From positions 1-60,890 of the forward strand of contig JAAVHR010000022.1 in the NCBI GenBank assembly GCA_014799595.1: DNA of 60,890 bases, written 5' to 3'. Both the position numbers and the translations under genes were made by a program. The notes beneath the pieces were generated by a model. It had not been told where the DNA came from. It worked only from the letters and a program-made list of their open reading frames with translations, and did no database searches. The DNA is from Clostridiales bacterium. Its GTDB lineage: Bacteria; Bacillota; Clostridia; Lachnospirales; Lachnospiraceae. Shown piece after piece: positions 1 through 8,252 of this stretch (position 1 is its first letter; every line of letters starts with the position of its first letter).

Positions 1-206
1 CCAACTGTATTCGTATTTCGGGCTGTCGCCCTACATACTCATACAGTTTAGCCAGCCAAATGTCTATATTTCTTTGCAAGCAAGCTTGCACGAAATATAG
101 CCGTTTGTCAGGACTTTCAAGGTAAATTTTACAATGTTTAAGCCCCTTCGCCGAAGGCGAATATTCATGGGCTTAAACGTAACTGTTCATGGTTCTGAAC
201 AGTTAC
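1..206 (+). mobile_element. Type-1 GTAAC-box mosaic element, 5' part cut off by the window edge (modules B-partial, C, D)
   Basis: Near-identical to 9629-9834, 12167-12372 and 52029-52234. Ends with the hairpin GTAACTGTTCATGGTTCTGAACAGTTAC. Confidence 0.85.
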
Positions 207-273
207 AAATCCAAAAAGTAAATGGAGTTTCGCAGTAAACTATTATAGATAGAAAAGAGAGGAATATGGTAGT

Positions 274-741
274 ATGGCAAAAGAAACAAAAAAGCTAATT
301 GCCAATAATAAAAAGGCAAGATTTGACTATTTTATTGAAGATACCTATGAAGCGGGAATTTCTCTTCATGGTACAGAGGTAAAATCCCTTCGTATGGGAA
401 AATGTAGTATTAAAGAATCCTTTATTCGAATTGAAAAAGGGGAAGTGTATGTATACAATATGCATATTAGTCCTTATGAAAAAGGGAATATTTTTAATAA
501 AGATCCTTTAAGAATAAAGAAACTTTTATTGCACAAATACGAAATCAATAAAATATCCGGGCAGATTGCACAAAAGGGATATACATTGGTTCCGCTGAAT
601 GTATATTTCAAGGGCGGATTGGTTAAAGTAGAAATAGGTCTCGCACGAGGCAAAAAGTTATATGATAAACGTCAGGACATTGCAAAAAAAGATCAAAGAC
701 GGGAGGCAGAAAAGCAATTTAAAGTAAAAAACTTATATTAG
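274..741 (+). CDS. smpB: SsrA-binding protein SmpB
   Basis: 155-aa ORF with typical SmpB sequence ([28 protein letters not shown]...). The tmRNA gene lies directly downstream. Confidence 0.95.
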   Translation: MAKETKKLIANNKKARFDYFIEDTYEAGISLHGTEVKSLRMGKCSIKESFIRIEKGEVYVYNMHISPYEKGNIFNKDPLRIKKLLLHKYEINKISGQIAQKGYTLVPLNVYFKGGLVKVEIGLARGKKLYDKRQDIAKKDQRREAEKQFKVKNLY

Positions 742-850
742 AGAATAGAAAAGTCATTGACGAATTCAAAAAAGTGTGGTAATATATCAAAACAATATAA
801 AAGAGGAATTATACTTGAGTGAATAATTACCTATAAACCAAACAACTCAT

Positions 851-1191
851 GGGGTTGTACTGGTTTCGACGGGGATTTTGAAACTCTGGCAGCTATCCGT
901 GGACTAGGACCACGTTAAAACTTAGACTTAAATATAAACGCTGAAGACAATTTAGCTTACGCTGCCTAGTTGCAGCTGTCAACCCTAGGTTTCCTACGGC
1001 TTAGGACTTGGCATCAAACTAGTAGGGCACCTTATCTACAAAGCTTTGCGTAGGTAAGAGAAATATGAAGCTACTAAAGCTTGCAGGATGTCAGTTTCCG
1101 GCAAGTGGAGGGAATGTCAAATGACTGACTGTGATAGGAGATACCAGTGTGGAAGGGTTTTCGGACGCGGGTTCAACTCCCGCCAGCTCCA
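851..1191 (+). ncRNA. ssrA: tmRNA (SsrA), encoded tag AEDNLAYAA
   Basis: 5' GGGGTTGTACTGGTTTCGACGGGG pairs with 3' ...GGACGCGGGTTCAACTCCCGCCAGCTCCA, including a G3:U wobble. The 3' end has a T-arm-like GGGTTCAACTCCC. The tag ORF GCTGAAGACAATTTAGCTTACGCTGCCTAG is at 940-969. The terminal CCA is not encoded. Confidence 0.9.
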
Positions 1192-1194
1192 CTT

Positions 1195-1236
1195 GGCTGA
1201 AAGACTTGAAATTAGCTAAATACAAGACTTTCAGCC
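1195..1236 (+). terminator. Stem-loop after tmRNA, probable terminator or 3' processing hairpin
   Basis: GGCTGAAAGACTTG (1195-1208) pairs with CAAGACTTTCAGCC (1223-1236) at 13 of 14 positions. The T-tract is weak. Confidence 0.45.
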
Positions 1237-1812
1237 GATTGTTAAAAGTTTAAAAAGTGGGTTATTAATCCAATTCAAAGCAACTGAAACCTTACAAAGT
1301 GGGTTGTAACAATTGATAAAACGATGCACTATAATTTTAAATGGAAGCTACAATCAAAATCGTAAAAAAATAGGGTAGAAGAGAATGAATCTCAACTACC
1401 CTTTAGCTATTTTATTAATTTTAAGCCTCAAGAGAAATCTTGTAGGGAAAGGTTTTTTGCGGGAATATTATATCCATATGGGATATTAAAGAGCATGGGC
1501 TTATGAGAATTTGAGAGAATTGATATTTGAAAATGGAAAACTTATGGAAACTTTTGATCATAGTGAAATGGCAAAGAAATTAAGAAAGGAAATAGATGCT
1601 CAAACAAGCAATAAAGAAAGATCAAATGGAAACGTAAATATATCAATGTTTATTGAAAAAAGTTTTTTTTAAATATGGAAGATAAGGCTTGGTGGATTAA
1701 ATGAAATATAGTTTTTGTGATATATAAAGGAGAGGGGATATGTAAACATATCCCCTTAAAAAGTATGAAAAAATGAAAAAAAGTGTGCAACTATTCAAAA
1801 CCCCGAACTGAA

Positions 1813-1828
1813 GTAACTGAACAGTTAC
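1813..1828. repeat. Solo GTAAC-box near-palindrome GTAACTGAACAGTTAC
   Basis: Two element termini abut with no cargo between them. This is the same motif as the ends of the mosaic elements. Confidence 0.5.
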
Positions 1829-1922
1829 AAAAAGTTTATTGGTAATGAACCATGCAAGAATAGTATAGAAAAAAAGTGTGAAGAAAATGTGTAGAAAATG
1901 CGAAAAAAATAAGAAAAATGTG

Positions 1923-2209
1923 ATTATTGTTCTCTCACAAGCTTGACACTTGCTGTCAAGCTATGTGCCAAGAACATAGAACAGCCAAGATAACAGTTCA
2001 GGTAGGTCCGCACACTCCGCTGTGCAGACCGTAAAAAAGACTAAAACAGGATTGGAATTGGGCAATTTACATGCGAAGCTTGCCCAATTCCGTAACAGGT
2101 CAGTCCCTTGGCTGAACTGTTACCAGCTAAGAATCCAGCCCTTCGCCCAAGGCGAATTATAGATTGGCTGGATTCCGTTACTGTTAGCACCGTAGGTGTG
2201 AACAGTAAC
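1923..2209 (+). mobile_element. Family-2-variant GTAAC-box element carrying a nested family-3 element
   Basis: Reverse complement of the 14217-14361 element apart from an insertion. Flanked by a perfect 8-bp direct repeat AAAATGTG (1915-1922 and 2210-2217). The right end is GTGAACAGTAAC and the left end is degenerate (ATTATTGTTCTC). Confidence 0.85.
1990..2123 (+). mobile_element. Family-3 GTAAC-box element nested inside element 1923-2209
   Basis: Inverted copy of 6737-6872. It interrupts the host sequence ...GAACAGCCAAGAATCCAGCC..., which is intact in the 14217-14361 copy. Flanked by CAGCCAAG (1982-1989) and CAGCTAAG (2124-2131). Confidence 0.85.
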
Positions 2210-2308
2210 AAAATGTGAAAAGTAAAAAGTTCCATGGTTAGTACTTGGAATTCTTGTCAGGAAATAGTAAAATTAGAGTAGGTAAAAGAAAAAGAAGGGG
2301 GCGTACTT

Positions 2309-2878
2309 ATGGCAAAAGAAAAGTGGGAAGTGGCAGGATATGTTTTTGCAGATAAACAAGATTATGAAAAGGCAAAGAAAGAAGCAGATTCCATCTCTTA
2401 TATTAAAGAAAGAACAAATTGGAAGGATAAACAACAACTTTTAAAGATATACAATAAAGCAGTAGACAGCAAAATGTTTCATACCGTTTTGGGATATGAA
2501 TTTATGCACCAGCTTCAAGCTATGATAGCAAAGAGTGGAGTTGTAGAAGAAGAGTATATAAAATCCATACCAATTTACAAACAGGAAAGCGGGCAGGAAC
2601 TTCCAGAAGATGCACAAGAGGCTGCAAAGCTTGCAAATCAGTATCGTAGACTTTATGAGATGGCAAAAGAAGAAAAGAAAAGACTAAAAATTGTAGTTGG
2701 ATTTTTAATTTTAGCAGTTTGTCTAATGATGGGTCTGGCATATACAAATTATAGAACTTATGATGAGTCTGCTGTGTTGAATAAATATGCAGGCTGGGAG
2801 GCAGAGTTAGAGCAGAGAGAAGCAACAATTACTGCAAAAGAGAAAGAATTAGGAATTAAAGCAAATGATACAGAATAA
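2309..2878 (+). CDS. Hypothetical single-pass membrane protein with coiled-coil regions
   Basis: 189-aa ORF preceded by the RBS GAAGGGGG. It has one hydrophobic segment (IVVGFLILAVCLMMGLAY). I recognise no family. Confidence 0.6.
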   Translation: MAKEKWEVAGYVFADKQDYEKAKKEADSISYIKERTNWKDKQQLLKIYNKAVDSKMFHTVLGYEFMHQLQAMIAKSGVVEEEYIKSIPIYKQESGQELPEDAQEAAKLANQYRRLYEMAKEEKKRLKIVVGFLILAVCLMMGLAYTNYRTYDESAVLNKYAGWEAELEQREATITAKEKELGIKANDTE

Positions 2879-2922
2879 TTCACAGAAAATTAATAGAGGA
2901 GTGTTATAATAGAAAGAAATAC

Positions 2923-3067
2923 GTTACTGTTCACAGGTAGTACTTTGCACTTGCTGCAAAGTACGTAAGAATAAGTAGTGGTAGAAAAGAATCCAGCCTT
3001 TCGCCGAAGGCGAATTCCTAATAGGCTGGATTCCGTTACTGTTTGCACCGTAGGTGTGAACAGTAAA
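2923..3067 (+). mobile_element. Family-2 GTAAC-box element (AGGTAG hairpin, GAATCCAGCC...GGCTGGATTC hairpin, terminal hairpin)
   Basis: Starts GTTACTGTTCAC and ends GTGAACAGTAA(A). A perfect 8-bp direct repeat AGAAATAC lies at 2915-2922 and 3068-3075. The element sits 25 nt upstream of the response-regulator start codon. Confidence 0.85.
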
Positions 3068-3091
3068 AGAAATACTAAAGGAGGTAAGGAT

Positions 3092-3769
3092 ATGACTCAG
3101 CTAAAAGTGATGGTCGTTGATGATGAAAGCAGAATGCGAAAATTAGTAAAGGATTTTCTTGGAAAAAAAGGATTTGAAGTAATAGAGGCAGAAAATGGAG
3201 AAGAAGCTGTAGATAAATTTTTTGAACAAAGTGATATTGCTTTGATTATTTTAGATGTTATGATGCCGAAAATGGATGGGTGGCAGGTGTGTAAGGAAAT
3301 CCGGCAATATTCAAAAGTTCCTATTATTATGCTTACAGCAAAAAGTGACGAAAAAGATGAACTTCTTGGGTTTGAGCTTGGAATAGATGAGTATATCTCA
3401 AAACCTTTTAGTCCTAAAATATTAGTGGCAAGAGTAGAAGCGATTTTAAGAAGAACAAATACATTAGGCGATGAGAAAATAGAAATTGGCGGAATTATCA
3501 TTAATAAGACAGCAAGGGAAGTGACTGTAGATGATGAAATAATTGATTTAAGTTATAAAGAATTTGAACTTTTAACATATTTTGTGACAAATCAGGGTGT
3601 AGCATTGTCCAGAGAAAGAATTTTAAATAATGTATGGAATTATGATTATTTTGGAGATGCAAGAACCATTGATACCCATGTAAAGAAATTGCGAAGTAAA
3701 TTGGGACAAAAGGGAGATTGTATCAAAACTGTCTGGGGAATGGGATATAAGTTTGAGGCAGAGAAATAG
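3092..3769 (+). CDS. OmpR-family response regulator (receiver plus winged-helix domains)
   Basis: Receiver motifs are present (MVVDDE, ILDVMMPKMDG, LTAK) with an OmpR-type C-terminus (TIDTHVKKLRSKL...GMGYKF). I placed the start at ATG 3092, after the RBS AAGGAGG. The ORF-track start at 2978 lies inside the repeat element. Confidence 0.9.
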   Translation: MTQLKVMVVDDESRMRKLVKDFLGKKGFEVIEAENGEEAVDKFFEQSDIALIILDVMMPKMDGWQVCKEIRQYSKVPIIMLTAKSDEKDELLGFELGIDEYISKPFSPKILVARVEAILRRTNTLGDEKIEIGGIIINKTAREVTVDDEIIDLSYKEFELLTYFVTNQGVALSRERILNNVWNYDYFGDARTIDTHVKKLRSKLGQKGDCIKTVWGMGYKFEAEK

Positions 3770-3779
3770 GAGAGGAAAA

Positions 3780-5348
3780 ATGAGACTGAAGCATAATTTT
3801 CATTCTATGCGTTTCCGGCTAACCTGTATGCTTGCTGTTTTAATTTTGGCTACTTTCTTTCTATGTTGGTTTGCAAATCAGATGTTTCTTCCGATGTATT
3901 ATCAGTATAGCAAAACAAATACGCTAAAACAAACTTATATTAAAGTGTATGAAGAGTTAAATAAACTGAATAATGGGGAAGATGAAGATACTGGCCAAAT
4001 GGAATTATCTTTAGAAAAATGGAGTGAAGATAATAATTTAAGTATATATGTTATGAATTGGAGCCGTATTATACAAAATGGACAATGGAGCTATTTGGGA
4101 GAGTTTGTTTATCCCCAAAAAGAGGTATTAAATGAACTGGAAAGAAAACAGATATTATCCTTAATGGGGAAAAATATCGGAATATTAAAAGGTGAATCCG
4201 GATCCCAGGATAGATATTCTTTATATTCCTGTGATAATTATAATATTGTCCGGATTAATGACGACCGATTGGATTCTGAGTATTTGGAATTGGTGGGAGA
4301 GATGCAGGTAGGAGATACAACACATACTATATTTATGAGAAGCAATTATGAGAGTATTCAGGAAAGCGTACAATTATCCAGCCAATTTTTAATTTATGCT
4401 GGAATGGTTGCCACATTTCTTGGAGTTGTAGTTATGTTTGCGATTATCGGCTCTTTTACAAAACCAATTAAAAAACTTTCACATATAGCAGGTGAAATGG
4501 CAGAATTAAAATTTGAGACAAAATATACAAAACAACGCAAAGATGAAATTGGAGATTTAGGGCATTGTATTAATTTGTTGTCAGAAAAACTGGAGCAGAC
4601 AATATCAGAACTAAAAGCGGCGAATAATGAGTTACAGTCAGATATTGAGAATAAGATTCAAATTGATGAAATGCGGAAGGAATTTTTGTCTAATGTATCT
4701 CATGAATTAAAGACACCTATTGCATTAATTCAAGGATATGCAGAAGGATTACAGGAAAATATCAATGAGGATGAAGAAAGCCGGGAATTTTATTGCGATG
4801 TTATTATTGATGAAGCAAATAAAATGAACAAAATGGTTAAAAAACTCTTGAATTTAAATCAAATTGAATTTGGGAATAACTTAGTAGAATTTGAGCGTTT
4901 TGATATTGTCACAGTAATCCAGTCTGTAATAAATTCTACCCATATTTTGTTTGAACAGAAGGAAGTTACATTGATTTTTGAATCTTATGAGCCAATTTAT
5001 GTATGGGCGGATGAATATTCTATAGAAGAAGTGGTAACAAATTATATCAGTAATGCATTGAATCATGTGGATGGGGAAAAAATTGTAGAAGTTAAGATTA
5101 CCAAACAAGCTGGAAAAGTTCGCATATCTGTATATAATACAGGACAATCTATTCCAGATGAAGATTTGGAAAAAGTATGGATTAAATTTTACAAAGTTGA
5201 CAAAGCAAGAACCAGAGAATATGGTGGCAGCGGAATTGGGCTATCTATTGTAAAGGCAATTATGAATTCCCTACATCAGGAGTGTGGTGTGAGAAATTGT
5301 TCTAATGGAGTAGAATTCTGGTTTGAGTTAGATATGCAGGATGACTAA
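3780..5348 (+). CDS. Sensor histidine kinase (2 TM, HAMP, HisKA, HATPase_c)
   Basis: Has an H-box (FLSNVSHELKTPIA), an N box (NALNH) and a G box (GGSGIGLSIVK). ATG 3780 follows the RBS AGGAGAGG. Confidence 0.9.
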   Translation: MRLKHNFHSMRFRLTCMLAVLILATFFLCWFANQMFLPMYYQYSKTNTLKQTYIKVYEELNKLNNGEDEDTGQMELSLEKWSEDNNLSIYVMNWSRIIQNGQWSYLGEFVYPQKEVLNELERKQILSLMGKNIGILKGESGSQDRYSLYSCDNYNIVRINDDRLDSEYLELVGEMQVGDTTHTIFMRSNYESIQESVQLSSQFLIYAGMVATFLGVVVMFAIIGSFTKPIKKLSHIAGEMAELKFETKYTKQRKDEIGDLGHCINLLSEKLEQTISELKAANNELQSDIENKIQIDEMRKEFLSNVSHELKTPIALIQGYAEGLQENINEDEESREFYCDVIIDEANKMNKMVKKLLNLNQIEFGNNLVEFERFDIVTVIQSVINSTHILFEQKEVTLIFESYEPIYVWADEYSIEEVVTNYISNALNHVDGEKIVEVKITKQAGKVRISVYNTGQSIPDEDLEKVWIKFYKVDKARTREYGGSGIGLSIVKAIMNSLHQECGVRNCSNGVEFWFELDMQDD

Positions 5349-5460
5349 GAAATGATTTGCTTTTCTGGTGATTTCTTGCTATAATGTATAAATGAGAGTT
5401 GTCTGCCTTGCAATAGTAACAAATGGACAACCATTTAAAAAAGTAAGAGGGTGTGTGAAT

Positions 5461-6039
5461 GTGAAAAAGCAAACTGTTATAGGAATGGCATTGATTGCAG
5501 CTTTAGGAATTAGTGGTTGTGATGTAACGGAATTGAACGAGGAACAGAATGCTCAAGCTGCGGAATATTTAGCAGGTGTTATGTTAAAGTATACTGTAGA
5601 TTATGAGAAGAGTTTAATTTACACTATTGCTACACCAGAACCAACAGTATCACCAGAGCAAACACAAGCACCGTCTCCAACAGATAAGTCAGGAGACAAT
5701 ACGATGCCGGACAAAAGTGGTGACCCAGCATCAAATGAAAAGAATAACACTGTATTATCTGATTTGAATGATGTATTGGATATTGCCAAATGTAAGGTTG
5801 CGTATAAAAGTATGAAAGAATGTAATAGTTATAATGAATCAGAAAATACATCCATTGGTCTTTTTGCAAAAGATGGAAGGAAACTTATTGTTGTTAAATT
5901 TCAAATAAAAAATCCGTCTTCTAAGGATGTAAAGATAGACTTGCATAAGAATGATGTTACCTATCAGTTGGTGTTACCTGATGGCAAAGTAGTAACTTCG
6001 CAGCTTACATTGCTTGGTAATGACATGAATTATCTATAA
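5461..6039 (+). CDS. Lipoprotein with a Pro/Thr/Ser-rich linker and a DUF4352-like beta-sandwich. The domain appears cut short by an in-frame TAA.
   Basis: GTG start after an RBS. Signal peptide with lipobox LGISGC. The stop at 6037-6039 is followed by an A15 run, then 126 nt in the same frame that look like the missing C-terminal strands. See findings. Confidence 0.65.
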   Translation: MKKQTVIGMALIAALGISGCDVTELNEEQNAQAAEYLAGVMLKYTVDYEKSLIYTIATPEPTVSPEQTQAPSPTDKSGDNTMPDKSGDPASNEKNNTVLSDLNDVLDIAKCKVAYKSMKECNSYNESENTSIGLFAKDGRKLIVVKFQIKNPSSKDVKIDLHKNDVTYQLVLPDGKVVTSQLTLLGNDMNYL

Positions 6040-6052
6040 AAAAAAAAAAAAA
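6038..6052 (+). repeat. A15 homopolymer tract
   Basis: Fifteen consecutive A residues. The tract begins inside the TAA stop of the lipoprotein ORF. Confidence 0.95.
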
Positions 6053-6173
6053 AGGGAAAGGAAGCAGAAGGAATTGTTGTATTTGAGGTAAGTAAGAAAA
6101 CTAGTGTATCAGATGCAAAATTAAAAGTTATTGGCAAAAATACAACTGCCGAGATTGCTTTATAAATTTCTGG

Positions 6174-6308
6174 GTAACTATTTAGGTAGAAACACGCATT
6201 TACTGCGTGTTTTGTAAGAAAAAGTAAATTTTGTAATGTTTAAGCCCCTTCGCCGAAGGCGAATTATTATGGGCTTAAACGTAACTGTTCATGGTTCTGA
6301 ACAGTTAC
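6174..6308 (+). mobile_element. Type-1 GTAAC-box element, short form (modules A, C, D; module B absent)
   Basis: Starts GTAACTATTTAGGTAG and ends TGAACAGTTAC. Flanked by ATTTCTGG (6166-6173) and GTTTCTGG (6309-6316). Confidence 0.85.
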
Positions 6309-6362
6309 GTTTCTGGTTAAAAATGAGAGTATTATAGCTATTAAGAATGTAGGAGAGCAAAG

Positions 6363-6734
6363 ATGGAATTTACAGAGAGAAAAAGAACATTATTTTTGGG
6401 ATTACCAATATGTTTTACCAAGTATCATATTACAGATGAAAAGATTACAATCAAACGTGGTTTTTTAAATCTGGTTGAAGATGATGCTTTTATGTTTAAA
6501 ATTCAGGATGTACGTTTAAAGAAAAGTTTTTTTGAAAGAATTTTTGGGATGGGAACAGTGGTTTGTTACACTGGAGATGTGACACATCCAGAATTAGAAA
6601 TGATTCATATCAAAAATACAGATAAGATTAAAGAGTTTATTATGGAAGCATCAGAAGAAGCCAGAATTAAAAGAAGAACACTGCATACGATGAATATTGA
6701 TGGAGATTTTAGCGGCGGACAAGAAGTTGAATAG
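6363..6734 (+). CDS. Bacterial PH-domain (bPH_2 / YdbS-like) protein
   Basis: 123-aa ORF. The ITDEKITIKRGFLN...QDVRLKKSFFERIFGMGTV pattern is typical of bPH_2 domains. Confidence 0.7.
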   Translation: MEFTERKRTLFLGLPICFTKYHITDEKITIKRGFLNLVEDDAFMFKIQDVRLKKSFFERIFGMGTVVCYTGDVTHPELEMIHIKNTDKIKEFIMEASEEARIKRRTLHTMNIDGDFSGGQEVE

Positions 6735-6736
6735 TA

Positions 6737-6872
6737 GTAACAGTTCAGCCAAGGGCTGACCTGTTACGGAATTGGGCAAGCTTCGCATTGTAAATTGCCC
6801 AATTCCAATCCTGTTTTAGTCTTTTTTACGGTCTTGCACAGCGGAGTGTGCAAGACCTACCTGAACTGTTAC
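6737..6872 (-). mobile_element. Family-3 GTAAC-box element (three internal hairpins)
   Basis: Starts GTAACAGTTCAG and ends CTGAACTGTTAC. A perfect 8-bp direct repeat GAATAGTA lies at 6729-6736 and 6873-6880. Confidence 0.9.
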
Positions 6873-6901
6873 GAATAGTAGTACAAAATGTAAAAAAATA
6901 G

Positions 6902-6930
6902 TTGACAAAAGTAAAAAAATGTGTTTTAAT
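6902..6930 (+). promoter_or_regulatory. Sigma-A-type promoter of the rplU operon
   Basis: TTGACA (6902-6907), a 17-nt spacer ending in TGT, then TTTAAT (6925-6930), giving an extended -10. Confidence 0.6.
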
Positions 6931-7011
6931 CAAATGGTATGCCGCACAGCGAGGTTTAAGTTTTAGTGATAAACACCATAGCTGGCGAGTAATGATAATA
7001 GGAGGTGCCAT
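6931..7011 (+). promoter_or_regulatory. 5' leader of rplU, candidate L21-leader autoregulatory RNA
   Basis: The call rests on position only. Firmicutes carry a structured L21 leader here. I could not verify the fold by eye. Confidence 0.3.
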
Positions 7012-7320
7012 ATGTACGCAATTATTGCAACAGGTGGTAAACAGTACAAAGTAGCCGAAGGCGATATCATTAATGTAGAGAAACTTGGAGTAGAAGCTGG
7101 AGAGAATGTTACATTTGATCAGGTTCTTGCTGTAAATAATGGTAGCTTAGTAGTAGGACAGCCTACTGTAGCTGGAGCAACAGTTACTGCTTCTGTAGTA
7201 AAAGAAGGCAAGGCTAAGAAAGTTATTGTTTACAGATATAAGAGAAAAACTGGATATCATAAAAAGAATGGTCATAGACAACAGTTTACTCAAGTTAAGA
7301 TTGAAAAGATTAATGCTTAA
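7012..7320 (+). CDS. rplU: 50S ribosomal protein L21
   Basis: Begins [18 protein letters not shown]... Confidence 0.95.
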   Translation: MYAIIATGGKQYKVAEGDIINVEKLGVEAGENVTFDQVLAVNNGSLVVGQPTVAGATVTASVVKEGKAKKVIVYRYKRKTGYHKKNGHRQQFTQVKIEKINA

Positions 7321-7343
7321 TTTGCCCAGTGAGGTGATAAGGC

Positions 7344-7670
7344 ATGTTGACAGTAACCTTTAGTAAGAATTCGGATGGTATTTATTATGAAGTGCGTATA
7401 GAAGGACATGCAGAATACGCAGAGATGGGACAAGATATAGTTTGTGCCGGGATATCTGCATTATTTCTTAATACAGCTACCTCTATAGTGGAGCTTACAC
7501 CAGATGAAGTGGAGCTTTGGCAGGAGGAAGAAAATGAGATATCAGGATTCCGGATTATTTCATCAACGATTAGTGATGAGGCAGTATTGCTTATGGATTC
7601 CTTAATACTTGGACTAAATGGTATTGCGGATGAATATGGTGATAAGTATATTGTAATAATTTATCGATAA
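7344..7670 (+). CDS. prp: Ribosomal-processing cysteine protease Prp
   Basis: Lies between rplU and rpmA. His/Cys dyad context is present (EGHAEY...DIVCAGIS). Confidence 0.9.
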   Translation: MLTVTFSKNSDGIYYEVRIEGHAEYAEMGQDIVCAGISALFLNTATSIVELTPDEVELWQEEENEISGFRIISSTISDEAVLLMDSLILGLNGIADEYGDKYIVIIYR

Positions 7671-7687
7671 TTTCAAGGAGGTGTAGG

Positions 7688-7978
7688 ATGATGTTTAAGA
7701 TGAACCTTCAGTTGTTCGCACATAAAAAGGGAGTTGGATCTACTAAGAATGGTAGAGATTCTGAGTCTAAGAGATTAGGTGCTAAGAGAGCAGATGGTCA
7801 GTTTGTATTAGCTGGTAATATCTTATACAGACAGCGTGGTACAAAGATTCACCCAGGTATCAATGTTGGACGTGGTGGAGATGACACTTTATATGCATTA
7901 GTAGATGGTGTACTTAGATTTGAAAGAAAAGGTAGAGATAAGAAACAGGCTTCTGTTTATCCTGTAGAATCTAAATAA
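7688..7978 (+). CDS. rpmA: 50S ribosomal protein L27 with a Prp-cleaved N-terminal extension
   Basis: [10 protein letters not shown]|[15 protein letters not shown] matches the Firmicutes L27 propeptide motif. Confidence 0.95.
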   Translation: MMFKMNLQLFAHKKGVGSTKNGRDSESKRLGAKRADGQFVLAGNILYRQRGTKIHPGINVGRGGDDTLYALVDGVLRFERKGRDKKQASVYPVESK

Positions 7979-8002
7979 GATTTTGAATTATTAAAATAAA
8001 AG

Positions 8003-8046
8003 ATGCTCTGAATATTTGAACATTCATATATTTAGAGCATTTTTCT
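8003..8046 (+). terminator. Rho-independent terminator of the rplU operon
   Basis: ATGCTCTGAATAT (8003-8015) pairs with ATATTTAGAGCAT (8028-8040), followed by TTTT. Confidence 0.8.
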
Positions 8047-8048
8047 TG

Positions 8049-8075
8049 CTTTATAGGAAAATTCGTCCTATAAAG
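8049..8075. repeat. Conserved hairpin CTTTATAGGA-N7-TCCTATAAAG, copy 1 of 2
   Basis: About 45 nt, including this hairpin, recur after the rpmB terminator (55865-55910). Confidence 0.8.
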
Positions 8076-8252
8076 TAAAAACGCTCCGCTTAGGATGTGC
8101 ACAGATGCGTAAGGACTATGGGTGCAAAAAAACATGCAACACACATCTGGCACGCAAAGGGTGCAATCCCCTCATGAATGAGGGGTTAGGGGAGTTGATG
8201 TGGGCTTGCCCACTTTGTTCTTAGAGATAAATTTGAATAGTGAGGTGAAAAC

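Noticed and set aside
1380-1415. Possible attR copy of the tmRNA 3' end (…CTCAACTACCCTTTAGCT…) marking an integrated island
   Set aside because: Only about 10 scattered matches to GGTTCAACTCCCGCCAGCTCCA are present. That is too weak to call a duplicated att site.
2978-3091. N-terminal extension of the response-regulator ORF (MVEKNPAFRRRRIPNRLDSVTVCTVGVNSK...). The parallel cases are the extension of the pilMN ORF (34756-34908, MVAKNPAFCRRRILNRLDFVTV...) and the minus-strand ORF 2041-2235.
   Set aside because: These peptides are read from copies of the same repeat element, which explains why they resemble each other. Proper RBS and start codons lie downstream, at ATG 3092 and GTG 34909.
6038-6052. 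A15 tract acting as a slipped-strand frameshift switch that joins the lipoprotein ORF to the downstream coding-like segment
   Set aside because: The downstream segment is already in the same frame. The TAA stop (6037-6039) is independent of the number of A residues. Length variation alone therefore cannot restore a continuous ORF.
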